A DNA stretch of 64,000 bases from assembly GCA_964016885.1 (NCBI GenBank), contig OZ024741.1, positions 223,634,001 through 223,698,000 on the forward strand, given 5' to 3'. A model generated the notes under the pieces. It had not been told where the DNA came from. It did no database searches and saw only the letters and a program-made list of their open reading frames with translations. Positions 51,750-64,000 of the stretch are shown in pieces. This stretch comes from Eledone cirrhosa (taxonomy: Eukaryota). A program made the position numbers and the translations under genes. Within the stretch, counting starts at the first letter, position 1; each line of letters starts with the position of its first letter.

Positions 51750-54527
51750 TCTATATATATAAAGTGAAGTTGGGCGTTGTTTGTTTGTTTGGTGTCCCGA
51801 ACTTGCAGGCTACACCGTTCATCCGATTTTCATGAAACTTGACACATATATAAAACTCGACCTGTAGATTGGAATAGGCTACTTGAAATTTTCGAAAAAT
51901 CGATAGTCGGGCCCGCAGAAGCCTAAAATCGATATTTTCAAAAATCGTCCGATTTCGATGAAACTTGACACAAGTGTGTATTTTGATCCGGGGATGAACG
52001 TGGGCTACATTAAATTCGATAATTGGATCGCCAGAGGCAAAAATCTATATTTTCAGAATTCATCCGATTTCAATGAAATTTGATATTACCACACTAATAG
52101 ATCCAATAGGGTTACTCCAAGGCTGCAAAAATTCAGAAAGTTTTTTAAAACTCATAAATCATGTGTTAAATGAGACCTTTAAGAGTTAGGGCAGACAATT
52201 ATTCATAGTTTAATTATCAATGGTGCAATATTGTGGAAATATGCAAATCTATGCCTTTCTTTATGGGAAAATGGAAGGCTTTACAAACAGATATTCAGGG
52301 TTCTTTGAGTAGAATTCTTAATTCTTAAATAATTGTACAGTCAACAAAATATATGACAGAATGTTTTTCATATTTTTTCAAAAATCTTTCGATTTCAATG
52401 AAATTTAATGTGTATATATTTGAACACAAGCACTTTTAGTTTACACCTGGTGCAATCAAAATCAATTTCATATGCCCATATAAGCACATACACACTGTGA
52501 CTCACGCGCGTTATTGATTGGCCGGCCTGTCTATACCACGAGCAGTATGTTTTCTCAACGATAAATACACAAACAAGTATGCACGCACGTTTGAACCGCC
52601 TTTTTCTCTTTGTGTGTATCCGCTTTTTGTGAGCAACAATAAATCCGGCCATCTCACTAAACGGACCTTTACAGAATTTGCCCACTTATCGGTGAGTTTG
52701 TGCTTATTTATTTAGTCTACTTGCATGCCATTTCAGTTAAATTTAATTCATTTTTCGCCTTCCTTAAATTTAAAAATCCCCATTGGGACTAGGGGATTGT
52801 CGACATCTTAGCGTTAAACTTTTCATATTCCACCTTATTCAAATGCAAATACAGTATTATCCCTATCTGAAAGGAAACCAAATTTAATGGTGTCTTTTGT
52901 GATGCCAAAAGCTAAAAGCGGTGAGTAAATTTTCAAACAGTCTTAAATAATCATACTTTTTGAAAAAAATTTACTAAATAATACTTTGACCAAGTTGTAT
53001 TGGACACATACAAAGTTGTACAAAATGTTACGTCCGTACCAATTTTTTCCTTTTTTAAACAAAAGGTTCTAAAAAATTACTTAATTCATAACACTACTGT
53101 CACAGCCTTTTGCACAGGAAGTGAGTAAGTTTTCGGGTTTTTAAACGTAAGTTCACCAGGGTTTGTGTCTTTGCCATTATTAGCCCACCTCTAATGGCAT
53201 TTTTTGTTCTGTTTACGACTAAATGTTATGAGTGTATTTGCAAATTGTTATTGTTCTTTAATTTTTTAATTAGTTGTCATAGACCATCTGCATGCAGTGC
53301 AATTGATTGCGCAGACGTACACACCTGCATGCAGATAAACACTGACAGCTAATAAAAAATCGATAATTTGCTTATTAAGACATCGGTCAAAAAGGGAGAT
53401 TGAATGTACTTTAGAAATTTTTTTGAAAATATTGTTCTCTTTGGCATGATATGTCAGAAATATAGCTACTATTCACTTTGGTTATTTTTTGTAACTAAGA
53501 AACGGTTCCTTTTGGGTGGATACTTAACGAGAAAGATCCCAGGGTTTTGGACAAGTTTGTTTCAGGCACTGTATAGACGCCAATTTTGTCAGACCTTGGT
53601 CATGAATTTGTATTCTTTTCCAATAGATACCGTATTTTCTGCACAGTGCCTTTGGCTTAGTTAACCAGTAGCATTAATTAACTTTCTCTAGGAAACACCT
53701 GCTGAGCGCGAATCTCGACTCGCTGATAGACGTCTTTCCTGGCTGGTTGAGTCACCAACATCCCGTACGACGAGGCTTGCTAATATTCGCCTTCGTCGCC
53801 AACAAGCGCTTGCGGAGGAGTCACCAACATCCCGTATGACGAGGCTTGCTGGTGTTCGCCTTCGTCACCAACAAGCACTGGAGGAGGAGTCACCAACATC
53901 CCATACGATGCGGCTTGCTGGCGTTTGCCTTCGTAACCAACAAGCGCTTGCAGAGGAGTCACCAACATCCTGTCAGACAAGGCTTGCTGGCGTTCGCCTT
54001 CGTCACCAACAAGCGCTTGCAGAGGAGTCCACGGCAGACAGAGACAATAAGCTTGCTGCTAAACGTTCCCTGCATACATTAGCTACTGCTGCCAATAGCT
54101 CAGGCTGGGTAAAAGCAGCCTTCAGATATAACCCCTCTGAGGATTACGGACTTCTGCCTACAGTTACCATTGGCAAAATGGATAATGTCTGTACATCCTG
54201 CAAGGCAATGAAGTGGCCAGGCAAGGCGCCTTCTGTGTGCTGTGTAGGAGGTAATGTGCAACTAGAAGCATTGGCTGACCCGCCAGACGTTCTTCTGAAT
54301 CTACTTACAGGTGACGACACTACGGCTACAACGTTCCGCCGTAACATGTGGAAATACAACTCCTGTTTCATGATGACCTCCTTTGGTGTAGACAATAACA
54401 ACACCAACAACAGCGTGAACCCCAACAACAACGTTGCACCTGTGATGCGCGGGAAGTAACTTTCACACATTTTAACAACAGAGCAAAGGTCGACTTACAC
54501 CCGGGCAACGCCGGGTACTTCTGCTAG
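51750..54527 (+). mobile_element. Non-autonomous, internally deleted Helitron
   Basis: 5' TCTATATATATAAA; repeated CCGATTT..ATGAAACTTGACAC; Rep N-terminal fragment; 3' hairpin ACCCGGGCAACGCCGGGT then CTAG|T; flanked by (TA)n. Confidence 0.92.
53700..54459 (+). pseudogene. Helitron Rep/helicase N-terminal fragment with 69-bp coding repeats
   Basis: AFRYNPSEDY..IGKMDNVCTSCKAMKWPG..CCVGGNVQL..PPDVL..YNSCFMMTSFG, preceded by RLAGVRLRHQQALAEES repeats. Confidence 0.88.
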
Positions 54528-54549
54528 TATATATATATATATATATATA

Positions 54550-54875
54550 TAACAAATAGTTTTATCGCACTGAATACAAGAAATGTAAATCTGAACTTTT
54601 CGATTATATTAATGATAATATTCGATTTGTTTGCAATTATGCAAACAGTCTCTTTAAGCCATGTCAGTAGAATGACCCCGTCATTCTTGCTCTTGTGTTG
54701 GCATATAAACAGAACAGTAGACACTAATGTTTCTGGGTGATTACCCTCCATCAGTACCATATACTGCTTACCTGCCAACTGTCAGAGCTAGTGAAAATAT
54801 AGGATATTAATATTAAAAAAACTCAGTTTTACATTTCTTGTATTCAGCCATGTAGAGCGATAAAACTATTTGTTA
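54550..54875 (-). mobile_element. ~325-bp fold-back element with ~40-bp inverted termini and an internal type I hammerhead (54714-54760)
   Basis: TAACAAATAGTTTTATCGC..CTGAATACAAGAAATGTAAA versus TTTACATTTCTTGTATTCAG..GCGATAAAACTATTTGTTA. Confidence 0.8.
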
Positions 54876-54924
54876 GTTATTTAACTATGGCAAAGCCTGC
54901 CATTAATCGCTTGAAGCTGACTGG

Positions 54925-55025
54925 CCTATCTGCTGATATGCAAATCTGGCTGATCAGTGGGTGTGCTAATATGCAGATCTGACTGATCAGCCAATCTGCT
55001 AATATGCAAATCAGGTTGATCAGTC
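54925..55025. repeat. 33-bp repeat, three copies, containing ATGCA(A/G)AT
   Basis: Motif at 54938, 54971 and 55004. Confidence 0.8.
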
Positions 55026-55039
55026 ACTATATTCCAGAA

Positions 55040-55265
55040 AATATCATGTATTTTCACTAGCTCTGACAGTTGGCAGGTAAGCAGTATACGGTACTGATGA
55101 AGGGTAATCACCCAGAAACATTAGTGCCTGCCGTTCTGTTTATATGCCAACAAAAAAGCAAGAATGACGGGGGTCATTCTACTTACATGGTTTAAAGAGT
55201 CTGTTTGCATAATTGCAAACGAATCGAATATTATTATAAATATTCGAAAAGCTCAGATTTACATT
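55040..55265 (+). mobile_element. Inverted second copy of the hammerhead-bearing element
   Basis: Reverse complement of ~54581-54808, ending at (TA)n. Confidence 0.85.
55088..55134 (+). ncRNA. Type I hammerhead ribozyme motif (cleavage triplet mutated to GCC)
   Basis: ACGGTA-CTGATGA-A-GGGT-AATC-ACCC-A-GAAAC-A-TTAG-T-GCC-TGCCGT: helices I, II and III can be drawn. Confidence 0.75.
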
Positions 55266-55370
55266 ATATATATATATATATGAGAAAAGTCAACAAGGAA
55301 AGATAACAGGAGGGAACAAGACAATACAATGATGATATATATTAGTTTAATGCTTAATATAGTAGATACT

Positions 55371-56012
55371 AGAGGCATCAGATGTTGTTTACTCGAGAGA
55401 AGGCTACGTTGGTATGGACACGTGATGCGCATGAAAGTCGATAGCTGTATAACAAAGTGCAGGGCAATAAAGATAGACGGTAGTCACGGAATAGGCAGAC
55501 CTAGAAAAATCTGGGACGAGCTGATAAACTCCGACATCACACACTTACACCTCTCCAAGACAATGTCACTGGACCGAGACCTTTGGCGGTACTCAGTAAC
55601 AGAGAAGACCCGCCTTACCTAAATATATAGTAAAACCTACTCCAGCCAGTAGGCATCTCTAACAAAATACACCCCGTCCCACCACCACCACCCCCACCCC
55701 ATCCACACCACCCCGTTCTATGTAAAGTTATGTTGGTGCCGCGCCATCGAGGCCGAAACAAATGAGATCGTGTAGGTGTCACGACAAAAAAACACACAGT
55801 CCACGCTGTAATGTGGCCGTGTAGGCAACACGGTAAAAACCTCCCAGCCCCACACTGTAAATGTGGTTGGTGTTAGGAAGGGCATCCAACTGTAGAAAAC
55901 CTGCCAGACAGTCCTATGCGAGCAAGACAATCACTCTTGCCTCAAGTGGGACTACCCCCGTCCACACCCATGCAAGCGTGGAACACGGACGTTAAACGTT
56001 GATGATGATGAT
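55371..56012 (+). mobile_element. 5'-truncated RTE LINE, same family as 31668-32758
   Basis: RGIRCCLLERRLRWYGHVMR..EKTRLT*, 3' UTR, (GAT)n tail, TSD GATACT. Confidence 0.92.
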
Positions 56013-56462
56013 GATACTTACACACACAGACACTCATAAACACATGCTAGACTGGTTACCTTGCTGGTCTAGCCTCAGAATGTGATAACCTGTCCAAGCA
56101 TGGAAAATAGATGTTAAATGGTGATGATGATAATGATGAAACACACACACACACACATTTAGATAGATATATGTGTATGTATGTGTGTGTGCATGCAGGC
56201 ATAGAAAAGATGCTTGGTTGGTTCATGCCTGTCACTTGTAATATCGTTTTTAATATTTTGGCATAGAAAGAACAAAACAAAAAAAAATGTTTATCTTATG
56301 ATGTCTAGCTAGAGGTAAATGAAAGCCTGAAGGAGGAGAATCATGTGTCATTACTACCAGGAATGTGACACAATCAATCAAAAGACCCAGTTTTGGGTGA
56401 CACAATAATGCCTAGAATAATAATAATAATGATATTTTGAAGATGGATGTGTATTCATGTAT

Positions 56463-56503
<41 letters not shown>

Positions 56504-56524
56504 CCATATATGCTGTAAATTAAC

Positions 56525-56912
56525 AGAGTGGATAGAGGATGGTACAAAATGCAGTATTTGTTCTGGTCTCTGAGTTCGAATCCTGCCGTGGTCAGTTTTG
56601 CTTTTCATCTTTCCATGGTTGATAAAGTACCATTAAGTACTGGGATAGATATAAATGACATTCTCTGCCTCCACCAAATTGCTGGCCTTGTGCTGAAATT
56701 AGAAACCCTCAGGGTGGTGGATTGGCATAATCGGTAGAGCATCAAATAAAATGCTTTGTGTTATATAGTTATGATATTCTTCATTCTGAGGTTAACTTTG
56801 CCTTTCATCCTTCCGAGGTTGATAAAATAAAGTACCAGTGAAGTACTGGGGTTGATTTTATCAACTTTGCCCTCCCCAAAGTTTGCTGGTTTTTAGCTTA
56901 AATTAGAAATCA
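56525..56912 (+). mobile_element. Two tandem SINE family A copies
   Basis: GAGTTCGAATCCTGCC; GGTTAACTTTGCCTTTCATCC..GATAAAATAAAGTACCAG. Confidence 0.75.
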
Positions 56913-57234
56913 ATATGATAATGAAATATGGTTCTGAAAAGATTAAAGGAAGAGAAAAATGAAAAATGATTGTAAGTGGTGATTGTACTCTTTCTGTCTG
57001 TCCATTACATGTATCTGTTATCTATTGTCTAAATATATCTATGTATATTCAATCCAGGGCCTTTTCACTTCTACTGGAGTAGCCACCCTCTGATTGACCT
57101 CCACTGTTTTCTGTTTTGGTTTGGGTCATGTCAGGGGTGTAGTCATACTCACCACACTTGGCCAATTGTGGGTTGGTCAGGCTATTTAACCCATAACTGG
57201 ATAAACTTATTTCTACATCTGAGTGAACTTTAAG

Positions 57235-57560
57235 GCCCCACTCAGTCAAGAATGACCATGGCTCTGCACCTAGAAAGTTTCCCTACGAGCCACAAGCCTG
57301 GGCAAGGTTTGTTTTGTGGAAGACCAGTAGTCGCTCATGCATACCAGTCTCTCCTCTCCACACCACCGATGTTGTCCGAGAGAACGGCAATGACTGATAC
57401 AACTTACCACCAATGACATCGCAACTCATTTTTACAGATGAGTGAACTGGAGCAACATGAAATAAAGTGTTTTGCTCAAGAACACAAAGCAAAGCTCAGT
57501 CCAAGAATCGATCTCACAACCTCAGGATTGTAAGCCCGACACTCTAACCTCTAAACAATG
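57235..57560 (-). mobile_element. tRNA-derived SINE, same family as 47008-47335
   Basis: Reverse-complement match; the spurious ORFs 47069+ and 57283- are near-identical. Confidence 0.85.
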
Positions 57561-58149
57561 TGCGTGGTTAGGTCATAGTATGTGTGTATATAGGTGATAT
57601 TATTTGGTTTTAATGTATGTGCTATGTTATATTGTTTGTTTATGTTGATTTTTTTGTACTTGAGTGTGTGTGTAACTGAGTGGTGTGTGTACTTTGTATG
57701 TATCTGTATTTTATTCAGAGGTATGTATGTGTGAGTAGGTAGTCATCTTTGGGGTTGTGTGTGTGTTGAGGTTTTAATGTACTCATAATGTATGTGTGTT
57801 CGAAAGTAACATTTTTCGTGGGTTTCGATTTTTCTGTGTATGCATATGTATGTATTGTAGTTCATTTTTGTTGTGCCATGTGTATGTGATGTGAGGATGG
57901 ATGTTTATGTAATTGAGACTGTGTGTGTGTATCCATAGTGTGAAGGAGTTCGTTATTCAAATGTAGGTTGTGAGTGTTTGAAAGTAGAGTTGGATTTTTT
58001 GTGTATGTTTTGTGAGTAAATCTATAATGTGTTGTTAGTTTATGTTGGTTTTGAAGCACAAGTGTGTGTATATTTTTTGGTGTTATGCAGATTGCTTAAG
58101 TGTTACAAGTTGGTGCATTTGTATGATGTGGTAAGGGGGTACTAATATA

Positions 58150-58460
58150 AAACCAAATAATATCACCTATAGGTTGTTTGGAATTGAGATTATGGAGGAG
58201 GTTTGGAGAGAAATGGTGAGTTCTTGTTCCTACCAGACATGAGAGGTGAGGGAATTGCTGTGCAAGGTTAATCCAAACATGGAGAGATGCTGGATGGAAT
58301 GATGTGCAACGTGACAATAGTGCAAATTGGAAGAGTCATTCCTATTCAAATATCTCAAACTTATTCCCTGAAATAACCAAGTGATGGCTAGACTTGCCTC
58401 TGTATAATGAGTTATGGAAGAGACATTTAAGACAGTTGCTAAAATTAGCAGAGATGCAGA
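58150..58460 (-). mobile_element. Highly decayed Penelope-like GIY-YIG C-terminus
   Basis: Minus remnants SLYRGKS and HSIQHLSMFGLTLH..EQELTISL..NLNS resemble PLE endonuclease tails. Confidence 0.45.
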
Positions 58461-59603
58461 TGAAGTTGGATATGTGGAATGGAAAGGAAGGGGTTGGGTC
58501 TAGTGATACCAGTGGTGTTGGTGACAGTGTGACAGTTGATGTAATAGTCAGAAGCTAGGGAGAGAATGAGCTGCAGAATAGTAGGTAGTGTAGGTTGTGT
58601 GTGTACTTAAAGGATAGGAGGCTGGGTTTTGGCAGATGTAAGAAATGGTAGTGAGATAGGATGTGAAATACACATAGGTTTGTTACACTGGAGGATTATT
58701 GTAGAAATGTAGTAGGTGAGGGGGCAAAGAGAAATTAGTGGACAAATATTGGAAGAGAGGACAGAGGGGCAGTCAACTTTATGAGTGCAAGTAAGTGTAG
58801 TTTGGATTAGATAGGATATCCATGTAATGTGCAGTGTCAGACAGTGTTGAGATTGTATCTTAAATTGAACACTCGTGTAATCTATTACATAAAAATACAT
58901 TTGCAAATATTTTGAGAAATATCTATTTTTAATGGCTTTCCCTTTTCTTTGACCAATCGTTTACACACACTACACCTCCATACACATTCAGAGAGAGAGA
59001 AAGAGAGATATTTCTAAATTTGATGTTTTGGGAATAAATTTATTAAGCCATTAATAATTACCCAGAGCATGTTTCTAATGTACCACTGTTGCAGCAGTAA
59101 GTGTACATCAAACAGTAAATTACTTAAGCAATCTTGGACTGGTACATTGACTTCAGTGGGGTTTATTCAATATTCCCAGACCGAACACACTAGCTAAAGT
59201 GTTACTTGTTCATTATAGTAATAATCATGTTTGTATTCAGCATTCTGTGACATAAAGGAGGTCACTGTAGCACAAATGGTGTGAGAACTGATGACGGAGA
59301 ATAGATGAAAAATATTACATATATACCGTCTAACCCATGCTAGCGTGGAAAATGGACGTTAAACGAAGATGATGATGATATATATATATATATGTGGAGG
59401 ACGTGCTGAAAAAACAGCACAGTACCTTTGAAATATATATAATAAAACATATATTTTGATTATGTGAATGTCTTCATTTATTAATATTCTGAATAATATT
59501 AATAACTCCAGAAAACTTCTTTGTAGAGTGCTTTTAATCTATTGTAAAACTATATTCATTGAGTAATCAATGAACCATATTAATCTTTGGTTATATATAT
59601 ATA

Positions 59604-59669
<66 letters not shown>

Positions 59670-59821
59670 GAAAAATTGAACAGGGACAGAACAGAGAGGC
59701 AGTACGATAAATGTTTATTAAATTCACGCTCAGGAGAGTGGGGGGTAGGTATATATATATTAGAAAGTGAGGTTTTTTTTACAAAATGAAAAATAACCGA
59801 GGTGTCCTACACGAGTGAAAG

Positions 59822-60084
59822 TATAAAGAAAAAGAGATGAAATCGAAAATGCAACTGGAGTCTTATTTTTTTTTTAAATATATATATATTTATTTGGTTC
59901 CTTTACCGGTTTCGCAGTTCTTCTGCTTTTCAAAAGGTGAGTTGAGATGGAGGGTCTGTGGTTTATCTCAACTCACCTTTTGAAAAGCAGAAGAACTGTG
60001 AAACCGGTAAAGGAACCAAATAAATATATATATATTTTAAAAAAAAATAAGACTCCAGTTGCATTTTCGATTTCATCTCTTTTT

Positions 60085-60091
<7 letters not shown>
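59822..60091. mobile_element. Near-perfect 127-bp-arm palindrome (16-nt spacer); each arm holds a minimal PLE-type hammerhead
   Basis: Arms 59822-59948 and 59965-60091; CCTT-TTGAAAA-GCAG-AAGAA-CTG(C/T)-GAAACCGGTA-AAGG at 59976-60013 (+) and 59900-59937 (-). Confidence 0.85.
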
Positions 60092-60148
<57 letters not shown>

Positions 60149-60559
60149 AACAAAAGTGGTAAAGGGTGTGAATAGAAGAGGACCAAGAATGTGAAAGAAA
60201 TATGTGTATGAGGGAGGTGATAGAGGTGGAGCTACTGGAAGAAAGACAATGCTAGCTACATGTTGGTTACTGATAAGAAGATTGAATAGAAATATATATG
60301 TGTGTGTGTGTGTGTATCATTCTTCCAATCGCTTTTAACATATTGTCTTGCTCCCCAAAAAGAAGTAAATACATTAAAAAAGATTTAGATAAGTAAAACT
60401 GCCAGAAAGCTAAAAAATATCTGTTAACATTTCACATTTTGATCATCAAAAACTTATTTAAATGAGGATATATATATATATCAGTAACACGTAAGTCAAG
60501 CTATATTGAAATGACTGACAGATGCAATTTTCTTCAACACACACACATATACACACATG

Positions 60560-60649
<90 letters not shown>

Positions 60650-60859
60650 TATACATATATATATATATATACATATATATACATGCATATATATATCCAC
60701 AAGAATCACTATACCAACAAACTCTGTTTCTCTTCAATGATTTCTTATTTGTTTTTATTTATTTACAGCTTAATTTGTTGTATTTTTCTTTTCTTAATAT
60801 TTATTATTTCTGAACAGTTTGTTTGTAAGAATGTGTATGTCAATAAGTGTCTGTGTGTG

Positions 60860-61660
60860 TCTGTGGATGTGTGTGTCTGTGTGTGTCTGTATATGAATGT
60901 GTGTAGTATGTCTGTGTATATGAATGTGTCTATGTATGTGTATGTCTGTGTATATGAATGTGTCTATGTATGTGTATGTCTGTGTATATGAATGTGTCTA
61001 TGTATGTGTATGTCTGTGTATATGAATGTGTCTATGTATGTGTATGTCTGTGTATATGAATGTGTCTATGTATGTGTATATGAATGTGTATGTGTATGTC
61101 TGTGTATATGAATGTGTCTATGTATGTGTATGTCTGTGTATATGAATATGTGTCTGTATGTGTATATGAATGTGTATATGTCTGTGTATGTCTGTGTATA
61201 TGAATGTGTCTATGTATGTGTATGTCTGTGTATATGAATATGTGTCTGTATGTGTATGTCTGTGTATATGAATGTGTCTATGTATGTGTATGAATGTGTC
61301 TGTGTATATGAATGTGTCTATGTATGTGTATGAATGTGTCTGTGTATATGAATGTGTCTATGTATGTGTATGAATGTGTCTGTGTATATGAATGTGTCTA
61401 TGTATGTGTATGTCTGTGTATATGTATGTGTATGCCTGTGTATGTCTGTGTATATGTATGTGTATGTCTGTGTAGATGAATGTGTCTATGTATGTGTATG
61501 TCTGTGTATATGTATGTGTATGCCTGTGTATATGTATGTGTATATGAATGTGTCTATGTATGTGTATGTCTATGTATGTGTATGTCTGTATATGTATGGG
61601 TATGTCTGTGTATATGTATGTGTATGTCTGTGTAGATGAATGTGTGTCTGTATGTGTGTG
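60860..61660. repeat. ~34-bp microsatellite-derived minisatellite TATATGAATGTGTCTATGTATGTGTATGTCTGTG
   Basis: Directly visible tandem units. Confidence 0.9.
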
Positions 61661-62049
61661 TAAATATACTAACATAAATATAATAAAACAGAAAAATTAA
61701 TAATAGATTTTTAAAAAAAAGGTGAAATATTAATTTCACTAGAAATTGTGTTAGTGTTTCTTTTTGTTTCATTTCCTTGTTGCTTTCCAAAATTTTTGAA
61801 GAAATGGAAAGAATTGGAAGTTTCCTGTTAACCTTGAATAATAATAATTTTTACCAGGATCGGAAGAAGGATAAGGGAGATAAGGAAAAGAAGGGAAAGA
61901 GGTGAAAAGGAGAAAATGGAGAAGGGGGCCCGAGGAGGAGATTATGATGACAGAAACGATGAAGGTGAAGAAGAAGTAGAAGTGACAGCAGCAGTGCTGC
62001 TGCTGATTCTACTTTTTTCTGCAAGCTAAAAAATATAGAAATAACTGTC

Positions 62050-62079
62050 TGTATGTGTTTGTGTGAGTATATATATATG

Positions 62080-62168
<89 letters not shown>

Positions 62169-62281
62169 CAGACTGCAATGCCAAGTGGTTTCAGCTTGTG
62201 TGTTCAGCAAGCCTTTTCATACACACACACACACAAATATGTATATGTATATATATCTCTCTATATATATATGTGTGTGTG

Positions 62282-62370
<89 letters not shown>

Positions 62371-62391
62371 GCATATGTATATATACATAAG

Positions 62392-62440
<49 letters not shown>

Positions 62441-62605
62441 GTATATATATACATAAGTATATAAGTATATATACATATTTATATATACATATACATATAT
62501 ATATACATATACATATATATATATATGTGTGTATATATACATATATAAATATACGTATTTATATATGCATATACATATATATACATATATGTATATATGA
62601 ATATG

Positions 62606-62657
<52 letters not shown>

Positions 62658-62876
62658 CACACACACATGTATATATACATATTCATATATATATATATGC
62701 ATTGTGTGCAGAGGATCTGCGCAGACTGGAGAGGAACGAAGCATGCTCCTTTGGATTGTGTAATAGTAATATACGTGAACAGCAAAGCATGAATGAACTA
62801 AGTGAGAAATTAGTGTGTGTGTATGTAATGTATATACATCTGTATATATACATACGTATATATATACATACATATG

Positions 62877-62925
<49 letters not shown>

Positions 62926-62926
62926 G

Positions 62927-62959
<33 letters not shown>

Positions 62960-63011
62960 GTATATATACATACATACATATATATACATACATACATATA
63001 TATACATACAT

Positions 63012-63074
<63 letters not shown>

Positions 63075-63240
63075 TATATACATATGTATATTCTATTTAT
63101 ATATGTATATATGTATACATATGTATATATCTATGTATATATATATAGATATATATATAGATATATACATATGTATACATACATATGTATATATATATAC
63201 ATAGATATATACATATGTATACATATATACATATATGTAC

Positions 63241-63282
<42 letters not shown>

Positions 63283-63658
63283 ATATATATATATATTATA
63301 TATATATATGTATGTATATATATATATATGTATATGTATATATGTATACATATGTATATATATATATATGTATATATACTTACATATGTATATATTTATG
63401 TATATATATATATGTATACATATGTATATATCTATGTATATATATGTATGTATATATATATATGTATATATGTATACATATATATATATACATACATATA
63501 TATACATAGATATATACATATGTATACATATATATATATACATAAATATATACATATGTAAGTATATATACATATATATATATATACATATGTATACATA
63601 TATACATATACATATATATATATATACATACATATATATATATAATATATATATATAT

Positions 63659-63700
<42 letters not shown>

Positions 63701-63850
63701 GTACATATATATACATATGTATACATACATGCATATATATATATATACATACGTATACACATATATATATATACATAGATATATACATATCTATATATAT
63801 ATATACATACCTATATATATATACATACCTATATATACATACATATATAC

Positions 63851-63910
<60 letters not shown>

Positions 63911-64000
63911 TACATATACATACATGCATATATATATATATATATACATATACATACATATACATACATATACATACATGCATATACATATATACATATG
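62050..64000. repeat. (TA)n/(TACA)n low-complexity tract
   Basis: Directly visible. Similar tracts occur at 11160-11700, 24600-24960 and 60540-60700. Confidence 0.95.
62698..62813 (+). mobile_element. Short internal RTE fragment
   Basis: [33 protein letters not shown] matches ORF 32173..32751. Confidence 0.85.

Noticed and set aside
59285-59440. Additional hammerhead (CTGATGACGG; GTGCTG/CAGCAC stem)
   Set aside because: Core strands and helices cannot be assembled into one motif.
61855-62030. Possible host exon (purine-rich, after TTTACCAG)
   Set aside because: Low-complexity translation, no recognisable domain and no linked exons.
60458-64000. Numerous YI/IY-rich ORFs
   Set aside because: (TA)n and (TACA)n microsatellite artefacts.

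Overview
Eukaryotic, AT-rich, repeat-dominated intronic or intergenic DNA. The SINE/RTE repertoire and (TA)n/(CAT)n microsatellites suggest an octopod cephalopod (inference). No host protein-coding exon can be supported, and nearly all long ORFs in the track are satellite artefacts. Recognisable content: a decayed full-length Ty3/Gypsy LTR element (-), a 5'-truncated Gypsy pol with partial 3' LTR (+), a solo LTR, an internally deleted Helitron, RTE and RLE-type (R4-like) LINE fragments, Penelope-like (PLE) RT-thumb/GIY-YIG remnants, hAT and Tc1/mariner MITEs, many tRNA-derived SINEs and several large minisatellites. The most interesting signal is a recurring class of short non-coding fold-back elements next to (TA)n tracts that carry type I hammerhead ribozyme motifs (16.1, 54.5-55.3 and 59.8-60.1 kb, plus solo motifs at 6.6 and 50.7 kb). 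There is also a pre-miRNA-like hairpin in unique sequence at 14.6 kb. All alignments were done by eye, and boundaries of decayed elements are approximate.
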